Shown: positions 37,165 through 45,111 of the stretch, piece after piece
Layout: every line of letters begins with the position of its first letter
Numbering within the stretch: the first letter of the stretch is position 1
Assembly (NCBI GenBank): GCA_902555055.1
Contig: CACDQN010000001.1
Coordinates: 39,820 to 103,819, forward strand
Origin: an uncultured Candidatus Actinomarina sp.
Lineage (GTDB): Bacteria; Actinomycetota; Acidimicrobiia; Actinomarinales; Actinomarinaceae
Length of the DNA stretch: 64,000 bases
Direction: 5' to 3'
The notes under the pieces: generated by a model
Told to the model about the DNA's origin: nothing
What the model saw: the letters and a program-made list of their open reading frames with translations, nothing else
Databases searched by the model: none
Program-made: the position numbers and the translations under genes

Positions 37165-37359
37165 CTAAGCAGTTTCTTGTAGAATTCTGCCTCTTACTCT
37201 TGGGTATTTCACAGGAGCATGGTTAAAACAATGATCTCTTTTGTTATAAATACTTAATTGAGTGCTACAAGATTCATCTTTACACACTCTGCCCTGGTCA
37301 AAACTTTTAGAAGGTCTTATTCCACCTTTAATTTGACTCGCTTTTAGTCCGTCTGTCAT
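37165..37359 (-). CDS. Small Cys/His zinc-ribbon protein (64 aa), family not recognised; paralogue of 61738-61938
   Basis: MTDGLKASQIKGGIRPSKSFDQGRVCKDESCSTQLSIYNKRDHCFNHAPVKYPRVRGRILQETA. Ligand pattern C-x4-C-x12-C-x2-H. AAGGA RBS, own terminator, and more than half of the positions identical to the second copy. Confidence 0.75.
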   Translation of the reverse strand: MTDGLKASQIKGGIRPSKSFDQGRVCKDESCSTQLSIYNKRDHCFNHAPVKYPRVRGRILQETA

Positions 37360-37378
37360 TTTATTCCTTTATATACTT

Positions 37379-37394
37379 TGTGAATATATTCACA
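37379..37394. promoter_or_regulatory. Perfect CRP/FNR-family box TGTGA-ATATAT-TCACA
   Basis: Part of an 18-bp perfect palindrome TTGTGAATATATTCACAA (37378-37395), centred about 27 nt upstream of the start codon of the 37165-37359 gene. Confidence 0.45.
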
Positions 37395-37459
37395 AGCTTA
37401 ACACCTTTATTTAAGATAGCAACTTTAATTTATTAAGTTTTTTATTTTAGATACGCAGT

Positions 37460-39358
37460 TTAATTTATCAAGTTTTTTTGAAATAAAAATGCTTCATCAT
37501 TCCAATCTCTGCCTAAAAAATTCTTAACCATTGACTCTGCAGGTACAGTACCTCCCGGCTTTAATATTTTATTTTTGTACTCAACCCCAACAGAATTAGA
37601 CAGCACACCTTCATTTTCAAATCTACTAAACATATCATCACCAATAATCTCAGCCCACAAGTAACCATAGTATGCTGCATCATATCCACCAAGCAGATGT
37701 CCAAATGCTGGAAGATGATTCGTATCTTCAGGATAATTAATATTTGTAACCTCTTGTGATGTTTTTTCTATATAATTTAGAGAATTATTAAAACCCTCTC
37801 CATGTAAGTGTTGGTCAGCTAAACCAAAAGACACTTGTCGCAAGGCAAGAAGGCTAGCACCAATATTTTTTGAACTCTTTAGCTTTTCACATATATCTTC
37901 TGACAAGGGTTTACTCGTTTCAATATGTCTTGAAATTCTCTTTAAGCATTCAACTTTCCAAACCCAGTGTTCCATAATTTGACTAGGTGCCTCTACAAAA
38001 TCCCACTCACAGTTAGCACCGACAAATCTTGTATATTTTGATTTCCCTATCCCATTATGTAGGACGTGGCCAAATTCATGAAACAAAGTTTCTACTTCAT
38101 CAAATGTCATTAGCCCATCTCCTGTATTAGGATTTGGAAAATTTGCAACCATGGAGCAAACCGGCAATTCTTGCCTTACTGATCCACCTGAAGATATATC
38201 GAATACTGCTGCATGTGTGTATTTGCCCTCTCTAGGATGTAAATCTAGGTAAAAATAGGCTAACTGTTCTCCATCTTTTTGCCATAAAGACCATAGCTCT
38301 ACGTCCTCATGCCAAGCTGATTCATTTGACTCAGGTTTAATTACTAAATCAAAAACTTCTTCACACACTTTAAACATTTCATTTTTTACATCATGAATAA
38401 AAAAATATTTTTTTAGTTCGCTGTTCTCAATATTGCTGACTTTACTTCTTTCTGAGGAAATAAAATACCTAATGTCCCAAGGTGCAATATCTTTTATCTC
38501 AATATTGTCAATAACTAGCTCTTTCTTTTCCACTTCGGCAGCTTTTTGCAGTTTCGGAATTAAGTTATCATACATAGCTTCAACATTTTTTGGAGATTTA
38601 GCCATTCTGTTCTGCAGTCTGTACTCTGACCATGTATTAAATCCAAATAATTCAGCTTTCTCATTTCTTAATACAACAGCTTCTTTAAGAATTGGACTAT
38701 TTTCATTTACAGCTCTGTTGTTGAAAGCTTTCCAGGTAGTTTCTCTCGTTTTTCTTACAAGACAGTTTTCCATTACTGCATTTATATCAGGATATGACAT
38801 TGTTATAACAAACTTTTCACCACTTTTTTTTAAGTTAGTAAGTTCATTACTACTCAGCCCTCTTAGCTCATCTTCAGAAAATTGAAGCTCTGTCTTATCT
38901 TTAGCTATATTTTCTGAAAATGATATACCTAGCTGTATTAGTTTTTTATCAATTTCTAATAATCTACCTTTATTTTCATGTGTAAGACTATGGCCAGCAT
39001 CATTAAAATCTATTTCAAGATCTTTATGAAATTCAACTTCCTCAGCGTCAGAATCATCAATCTCTATTTCATTAAATTTTTTGTAAATATCTGGGTCATT
39101 AAAAATCTGCAATGCAAAATTTTGTATTTCTGAATCTGCTTCATTGCCAAATTCCCTAATCTTTTCATCCGGGTGAACATCTCCTAAAAAAGCTATTCTT
39201 CCAGAAAGATCATATACAACACTTTCTAATTCATTGAAATGACTCAAGCTGACATTTTTTGAAGATTTAATACCATCAACCAACGAATTACATTCACGAA
39301 TAGTAAGTTCCAAATCTTTTTTTAAGCTTTCTAGATTTATATTCGAATAGTTAAACAC
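37460..39358 (-). CDS. M3 family metallopeptidase (oligopeptidase A / dipeptidyl carboxypeptidase type)
   Basis: 632 aa. HEFGHVLH zinc motif, downstream EAPSQ block, typical M3 length. Confidence 0.9.
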   Translation of the reverse strand: MFNYSNINLESLKKDLELTIRECNSLVDGIKSSKNVSLSHFNELESVVYDLSGRIAFLGDVHPDEKIREFGNEADSEIQNFALQIFNDPDIYKKFNEIEIDDSDAEEVEFHKDLEIDFNDAGHSLTHENKGRLLEIDKKLIQLGISFSENIAKDKTELQFSEDELRGLSSNELTNLKKSGEKFVITMSYPDINAVMENCLVRKTRETTWKAFNNRAVNENSPILKEAVVLRNEKAELFGFNTWSEYRLQNRMAKSPKNVEAMYDNLIPKLQKAAEVEKKELVIDNIEIKDIAPWDIRYFISSERSKVSNIENSELKKYFFIHDVKNEMFKVCEEVFDLVIKPESNESAWHEDVELWSLWQKDGEQLAYFYLDLHPREGKYTHAAVFDISSGGSVRQELPVCSMVANFPNPNTGDGLMTFDEVETLFHEFGHVLHNGIGKSKYTRFVGANCEWDFVEAPSQIMEHWVWKVECLKRISRHIETSKPLSEDICEKLKSSKNIGASLLALRQVSFGLADQHLHGEGFNNSLNYIEKTSQEVTNINYPEDTNHLPAFGHLLGGYDAAYYGYLWAEIIGDDMFSRFENEGVLSNSVGVEYKNKILKPGGTVPAESMVKNFLGRDWNDEAFLFQKNLIN

Positions 39359-39395
39359 ACAACTCCTTTAACTTTTTATATGATACTATTTAGAT

Positions 39396-39632
39396 ATGGA
39401 TATCAAACTTGAATTTTGTGTAGTTTGAAACTACACACCTCGTGCAGTTAGTACGATTGAAGATATTTTAGAAAAATATGGAAATACAGTTAAATCAATT
39501 AATTTAATTCCAAGCGGTGGAGGAGTGTTCGAATTCCAATTAAATGAAAAATTACTTTTTTCAAAAAAAGAATTAGGACGACACTCTGAAGATGGAGAAA
39601 TTCTTAAGTTAATTGAAGAAGAACTTGGTTGA
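39396..39632 (+). CDS. SelW/Rdx-family redox protein with in-frame TGA (candidate selenocysteine) at 39426-39428
   Basis: Not in the track because the TGA splits it. Translation: MDIKLEFCVV[TGA]NYTPRAVSTIEDILEKYGNTVKSINLIPSGGGVFEFQLNEKLLFSKKELGRHSEDGEILKLIEEELG. The C-V-V-U motif and the GGGVFEF...KLLFSKK block parallel SelW (VVYCGAUGY...TGFFEV..GKLIHSKK, from memory). TACTAT lies 6 nt upstream of the ATG. The stop overlaps the next start (TTGA). Confidence 0.6.
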
Positions 39633-40363
39633 GCTTTCCATTTGAGTTAACTTTATTTGAAGTAATTTTTATTGCTTCACTATTGTTCATCAGCTCCGCA
39701 GTGCAAGGCGTTCTTGGATTTGGCTTTGCAGTAATTGCCTCTCCTATAATTGTTCAAATTGAACCAAACTTGGTTCCACAATTATTATCTTTACTAGGTC
39801 TTCCACTAGCAATCAGAGTATTTTACCGAGAGAAGGAAGAAGTTGATCTTTCTAAAGTAAAACCACTCATTATAGGTAGGTTAGTTGGCGGACCAATCGG
39901 GCTTTTTTTACTTTTAAATCTATCAGAAAAGTACTTATCGATCGCCGTGGGATTTATAGTTTTTATTGCTGGTGTAGGTTCTTTTTTTGGTTGGGTTATA
40001 AATAGAAATATCTTAAATTCCTTTCTCGCAGGAACTTTTTCAGGTGTATTTGGAATGGTTGCAGCAATTGGTGGTCCTCCGGTTGCACTTCTGTATAGGA
40101 ACACTAGATCTGAAGAGTTTCGTCCCTCTCTTAATAGTGTTTTTAGTATAGGTATTGTTATAACACTCTCACTTTTATTACTTAGTGGCAACTTGCTATG
40201 GGATCATTTTTTATTATTTACTATATTTATTCCATTTGTATTAATTGGAATTAGGGTTTCGAGTTCAATGTTTTCTAAAGTTTCTGATCAATTCATTTCT
40301 CAAGCAGTAACTTATTTCTCAGTACTGTCTGGAATATATGTAATCTTGAGAAACATAAATTAG
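39629..40363 (+). CDS. TauE/SafE (DUF81) family anion exporter-like membrane protein
   Basis: 244 aa, about 7-8 Gly-rich TM helices with internal duplication typical of TauE/SafE. TTG start overlapping the SelW-like stop. Confidence 0.75.
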   Translation: MSFPFELTLFEVIFIASLLFISSAVQGVLGFGFAVIASPIIVQIEPNLVPQLLSLLGLPLAIRVFYREKEEVDLSKVKPLIIGRLVGGPIGLFLLLNLSEKYLSIAVGFIVFIAGVGSFFGWVINRNILNSFLAGTFSGVFGMVAAIGGPPVALLYRNTRSEEFRPSLNSVFSIGIVITLSLLLLSGNLLWDHFLLFTIFIPFVLIGIRVSSSMFSKVSDQFISQAVTYFSVLSGIYVILRNIN

Positions 40364-40400
40364 TTTATTTCAATAAAAGGGATTATTAACATATAAGCAT

Positions 40401-41897
40401 ATGTTTATGAACGCCATTATTGCCGGCTTACTTTACTTCCTAAGCTTTCCTCCATATGATTTTTGGTATTTGATTTTTCCTGCACTTTATTTCTTTTATT
40501 ATTCATTGCTATCAAAAGAAAAATCTTTTTTATCAGGTTTTATCTTTGGGTCTATTGCGTACGGTGTAATTTTATTAGGAATTCAATCAATAGGACTTGA
40601 AGCCTGGATTCCCCTAACCATTTTAATGGGATTGATGTACGGAATATTCGCAAAACTATTTTCCTCTCTAAGTTCAAAATTTGAAAACAATTTTTATGTT
40701 TTATTGTCAGCTATAGCAATTTTTGATTTGCTGAGAGCATATTTTCCATTTGGAGGTTTCCCCTGGGGTTTCCCATCAACGGTATTATTATCCGGCCCTA
40801 TAGATAGTTTCTACATGACAGGTGCTCGTTTATCTTTCGAAGGTTTTGGACCAACCGGATCTTCTCTTTTATTACAATCCCTTCCTTTAATAGTTTCACT
40901 CGGAGTCTATTCAAAAAACAAACAAAAAGATTACTTTAAAAATTACATGATATTTTCGTTAGTAGTTTTTTCAATATACGTTTTCAATCATATAATTATT
41001 GATTTTAATTACCAGGATGTAAATATAGAAACATCAGAACTAAACATAGCAATCGTTCAAGGCAACAGCCCGTGTCCTGGTGCAAAAAACAGATGCAGCA
41101 ATGAAAGACAAAAAATCTACGATAGCCATTTAAACCAAACACAATCTCTTAATGGGAATTTTGACCTTGTAGTTTGGCCTGAAAGTTCAACAGGATTTAA
41201 CAACGATCCCGGAATACACAGTAGAGTGCAAAACGATATTTCTACTCAAGCTATGAGATTAGATTCATATTTTTTAATAGGAGGAGACAGGCCTGTACAA
41301 AATCAATATTTTGAAAATTATGGAATCTTTATAAACAAAGACGGTGAGATTGTAGACCAGTATTTAAAACAGCACCCTGTTCCTTTTGGAGAGTATATTC
41401 CATTTAGAAAATATTTAGACTGGATTCCTCCATTAGCGTTAGTTCCACGCGACATGATTAGGGGCGATGGTCAAAAAATATTTATGGTAAAGGATACAAA
41501 AATTTCAACTGTTATTTCATTTGAAGGTTCGTTCCAAAGATATATCAGAAACAGTGTCCAGGATGGTGCAGAGTTAGTTGTAATCCTTACTAACCAAGCA
41601 AGTTATGGAGAAAGCGGCATGTCAGATCAATTCATATTAATGTCTAGGGCAAATGCAATTTCAAATGGTAGGCCGATTGTGCACGCAGCAATAACTGGTA
41701 AATCAGCATTTATAGATCATAAGGGAAAAGTAATTTCCAAAACTGAATTATTTGAAACCGGAGTACTGATTGAAAAAATTGAGGTAAAACAGACAGAAAC
41801 TCCTTACAGCAAATTTGGAAATTACTTAAATTATATTTTTATAGTATTTGGAGCCATCAGTCTTTTGTGGCCAAAGAATATATTTAAGAAAATTTGA
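40401..41897 (+). CDS. lnt: Apolipoprotein N-acyltransferase (Lnt) homologue with Ser at the nucleophile position
   Basis: 498 aa. N-terminal polytopic domain plus CN-hydrolase domain: VVWPESS (Glu), YLKQHPVPFGEYIPF (Lys), VISFEGSF where Lnt has ICYE. Confidence 0.8.
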   Translation: MFMNAIIAGLLYFLSFPPYDFWYLIFPALYFFYYSLLSKEKSFLSGFIFGSIAYGVILLGIQSIGLEAWIPLTILMGLMYGIFAKLFSSLSSKFENNFYVLLSAIAIFDLLRAYFPFGGFPWGFPSTVLLSGPIDSFYMTGARLSFEGFGPTGSSLLLQSLPLIVSLGVYSKNKQKDYFKNYMIFSLVVFSIYVFNHIIIDFNYQDVNIETSELNIAIVQGNSPCPGAKNRCSNERQKIYDSHLNQTQSLNGNFDLVVWPESSTGFNNDPGIHSRVQNDISTQAMRLDSYFLIGGDRPVQNQYFENYGIFINKDGEIVDQYLKQHPVPFGEYIPFRKYLDWIPPLALVPRDMIRGDGQKIFMVKDTKISTVISFEGSFQRYIRNSVQDGAELVVILTNQASYGESGMSDQFILMSRANAISNGRPIVHAAITGKSAFIDHKGKVISKTELFETGVLIEKIEVKQTETPYSKFGNYLNYIFIVFGAISLLWPKNIFKKI

Positions 41898-41939
41898 GAA
41901 GCTTATCTATTAAATTTGTGAAACTTTTAATTGTCTAAA

Positions 41940-43151
41940 CTATATTTCTGAATCAATTATTGGCAAGCCTCTTGCAGCAGCGGCCTCTACAGTACCATCT
42001 TGAAATGCTCTTAGTCCAAACTTTGGTAACACTGCAAATATATGATCAAATATATCAGATTGTATACCTTCGTATTCAACCCAATCAATTGTATTTGTAA
42101 AGGTATATAACTCTAGAGGAACTCCTGTAGTAGTTGGCGATAGTTGTCTTACCAGTAAAGTCATAGTTTCTGTATTTAGACCCTCATGATTTTGTAAATA
42201 CTTCACAAGATATGCTCTAAAAGTTCCAAGATTTGTGAGTCTTCTTTTTTCTTTTTCTTTATCGACCAAAGAGTTGAATTTTTCAATATCTTTTATTTTT
42301 TCAGAGAGATATTTATTTACAGTTGGGATTTTCATTAGTTTATCAATATCTTTTTGCTCCATAAATTTAACACTTGATATATCTATGGATATTGATCTTT
42401 TAATTCTTCTTCCTCCATACTCTGACATTCCTCGCCAGTTTTTTACAGATGTGGTGACTATCTTTGATGTAGGAATCGTTGTGATGGTTTTATCCCAGTT
42501 TTGCACCTTAACTGTATGCAAGGCAATATCTATAACATCACCATCAGCACCATATTCTGGTACCTCAATCCAGTCTCCATTATTAATAATGTTATTCTGA
42601 CCAATTTGTACTGATGCTATAAACGATAAGATTGTGTCCTGGAAAACCAATAACAACACCGCTGTAAGGGCACCTAAACCACTAATGTAATAACTAACTG
42701 GTTGACCTGTTATTATTGCAAAAATAATTATGAATATAAAAGAGTTAACAACAATTTTAATAATCTGAACGTAGCCCTTAATTGGCTTATTTTTTAGTGA
42801 TTTGATATTTTCTGAAACCTTATTTAACACATTCAACATCTCAAGAAGGGTTAGTCCAATGAACAATGTTAAAAGCGCACTAGCAACTCTTTTGAAAATT
42901 TCAGTATTCAATATTTCTAAATTGAACTGTGGTGTAGCAATTAAAAAATTAAATAAAACAAAAACGAATACATAAGAAACTCTATTTAAAAATTTTTTAT
43001 CTAGGAATAGGTCGTCTATGTATGTACTTGTTTTACTTGCACCACGTTTAATTATTGGAAAAATAACTGATCGCAGTATTAGGTAGGAAGCAATAAGAAT
43101 TCCAATTAAATAGGCAAGTGTAGGCAAGTCTGATGCTGTTATGTTATTCAT
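41940..43151 (-). CDS. Mechanosensitive ion channel (MscS family)
   Basis: 403 aa. TM region followed by NNGDWIEVPEYGADGDVIDIALHTVKVQNWDKTITTIPTSK, the MscS beta-domain signature. Confidence 0.85.
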   Translation of the reverse strand: MNNITASDLPTLAYLIGILIASYLILRSVIFPIIKRGASKTSTYIDDLFLDKKFLNRVSYVFVFVLFNFLIATPQFNLEILNTEIFKRVASALLTLFIGLTLLEMLNVLNKVSENIKSLKNKPIKGYVQIIKIVVNSFIFIIIFAIITGQPVSYYISGLGALTAVLLLVFQDTILSFIASVQIGQNNIINNGDWIEVPEYGADGDVIDIALHTVKVQNWDKTITTIPTSKIVTTSVKNWRGMSEYGGRRIKRSISIDISSVKFMEQKDIDKLMKIPTVNKYLSEKIKDIEKFNSLVDKEKEKRRLTNLGTFRAYLVKYLQNHEGLNTETMTLLVRQLSPTTTGVPLELYTFTNTIDWVEYEGIQSDIFDHIFAVLPKFGLRAFQDGTVEAAAARGLPIIDSEI

Positions 43152-43165
43152 ACACTAATCCTACT

Positions 43166-43903
43166 CTAAAAACCTTTTTGTTGACTTTTCCATGGTGCTG
43201 GAGTGTTATTAATAAACTCATCAACACTTGGACCGCCAAGAGACTGTAATTTATTTTGTCCAATGATATAAGTAATGACTAATAAAATTAATGTTGTCTG
43301 ATTTGATGATAAAAGTTTAATTGTTACAAGTATTTCAGGGGAATTGAAAAAGATTATTTGAAGACCACCCTTTGTAAATAAGTATAAAGTCCAAATTATT
43401 GCAACTCTTGTATACGCAGGACGAACAAGTTCATGTAGGTACCATTCTTGGGGCCATTTTCTAATTGCTTTAGAACTATAAATAGTAAATGGTTTCTTCA
43501 TTATTATTGAAACAAAACCAACAACAGCAATTGACATATCTCTAATGATTCCAGGAATAAAAAAACCAGATGCACTTCCTTGAACTCTTGCTAAGAGAAG
43601 CGCTACTAATGTTCCCACTAATCCATAGAATACAAATTTTAAATCTTGCTTTTTTAGAAGACGATAAAGAAACAAAAGTAGTAACAGAATACCTGTATAT
43701 AAAATTGCCTGATTAAGAGTTGTAAAATTATTGGTTACTACAAAGAAGATTGGGGCAACTATAGAATCAAAAACTCCTTCTTGGTTAAAATTTAATTCTT
43801 TTAACTCTTCTTTGATTTCTAAATATTTTTTATAAAATGTTCTCAATTTATTGAAATTTATCTTTAAATTTATTTTGATCCACATTTTTCTGTATATCAT
43901 CAT
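43166..43903 (-). CDS. Integral membrane protein, family not recognised
   Basis: 245 aa, about 6 TM. All candidate starts overlap the purB 3' end by at least 38 nt. Confidence 0.6.
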   Translation of the reverse strand: MMIYRKMWIKINLKINFNKLRTFYKKYLEIKEELKELNFNQEGVFDSIVAPIFFVVTNNFTTLNQAILYTGILLLLLFLYRLLKKQDLKFVFYGLVGTLVALLLARVQGSASGFFIPGIIRDMSIAVVGFVSIIMKKPFTIYSSKAIRKWPQEWYLHELVRPAYTRVAIIWTLYLFTKGGLQIIFFNSPEILVTIKLLSSNQTTLILLVITYIIGQNKLQSLGGPSVDEFINNTPAPWKSQQKGF

Positions 43904-45110
43904 TAAAGTCTGGGAATTTTACATTGAACTCAACTTGTAGATTCTCTTTAAGTTCATTTAGGGGAGTGTCTTTAAATATTTCATCTTGTATTTTTCTGTA
44001 TGCAGTATCTCTATCAATTCCATTATTTACTAGATGTGAAAGAAATTTTTGACTCATTGACTTATTTTTTGCATCCTCTAAATTCTTTTTAATTTTGTCA
44101 TGATTTATTACTAAATTGCTAATAATCATATTCAATTCACTTGTCATAAAGCTAATTAGATGAAATGCATCGGGAAGAATAATTCTCTCAACTGAAGAAT
44201 TTGAAATATCTCTTTCATTCCATAAAACCATATTCTCTAAGCTGGTGTTAACATAGGACCTCATAATTCTGGATAAACCAGTTACTCTTTCACTACCAAT
44301 AGGATTTTTTTTATGAGGCATAGCAGATGATCCTTTTTGCCCCTCTTTAAATGCTTCAAACATTTCGGATATTTCAGAACGTTGATAGCTTCTGATATTT
44401 GTAGCAATTCTTTCATAGGAAGAAGCAAGGATGCCAAGAGAACTTACAACTTCTGCGTACCTATCTCTAGCTACAATTTGGTTTGCAAATGTTTCTGGCA
44501 CCAATCCTAATTTTTTAAGTGACAACTTCTCCATTTCCTCAGTAACAACTGAGTGATTTCCGACAGGACCACTAAATTTGCCAAAAGCAATATTTTCTTT
44601 AGAATTTTGAATTCGCTTTAAGTTCCTTGAAACTTCTAAATACCAATTACCAAAAATATTTCCTAAAAACGTCTCTTCTGCATACACACCATGTGTTCTG
44701 CCAATCATTAAGGTGTCCTTTTCCTCCATTGCTCTATTTTGTAATGTTGAAAGGAGATCGTTCATCAATTCAGTAACAGTGTCTATAGATTGCATAATTA
44801 AAATGCTGTTTGCGGTATCGACTATATCTGAACTTGTTAGACCATAGTGTATCCAATTTGAGCCTTTACCTACTTTTTCTTGAAGTATGTCTACAAATGA
44901 AGCTAAATCATGATTAGTTACTTCCTCCCGTTCGTAAACTTCTTCTTTTAGTACCTCAGTTTCTTTAATTTTTTTTGATATCCCTTTATCAGCAATGTTT
45001 AACTGCTCTAAGGTTTCAAGATATTTTTCTTGAACTAATTTCCATGTATCAAATTTATTTTGATCATTCCAGATTGCATTAATTTCACTATTTAAATATC
45101 TATTAATCAT
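43848..45110 (-). CDS. purB: Adenylosuccinate lyase
   Basis: 420 aa. Fumarate-lyase signature GSSAMPHKKNP. Confidence 0.95.
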   Translation of the reverse strand: MINRYLNSEINAIWNDQNKFDTWKLVQEKYLETLEQLNIADKGISKKIKETEVLKEEVYEREEVTNHDLASFVDILQEKVGKGSNWIHYGLTSSDIVDTANSILIMQSIDTVTELMNDLLSTLQNRAMEEKDTLMIGRTHGVYAEETFLGNIFGNWYLEVSRNLKRIQNSKENIAFGKFSGPVGNHSVVTEEMEKLSLKKLGLVPETFANQIVARDRYAEVVSSLGILASSYERIATNIRSYQRSEISEMFEAFKEGQKGSSAMPHKKNPIGSERVTGLSRIMRSYVNTSLENMVLWNERDISNSSVERIILPDAFHLISFMTSELNMIISNLVINHDKIKKNLEDAKNKSMSQKFLSHLVNNGIDRDTAYRKIQDEIFKDTPLNELKENLQVEFNVKFPDFNDDIQKNVDQNKFKDKFQ

Positions 45111-45111
45111 T

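Noticed and set aside
39429-39470. Canonical bacterial SECIS downstream of the SelW-like UGA
   Set aside because: The only downstream hairpin (39429-39449) has an ACCUC loop without the expected apical G/GU, and it begins immediately after the UGA. I cannot claim a canonical SECIS, so the selenoprotein call rests on protein-level similarity only.
39823-40191. 122-aa ORF (-) antisense to the TauE/SafE gene
   Set aside because: Pro/Ile/Lys-rich mirror-frame product of a Gly-rich membrane protein, with no independent support.
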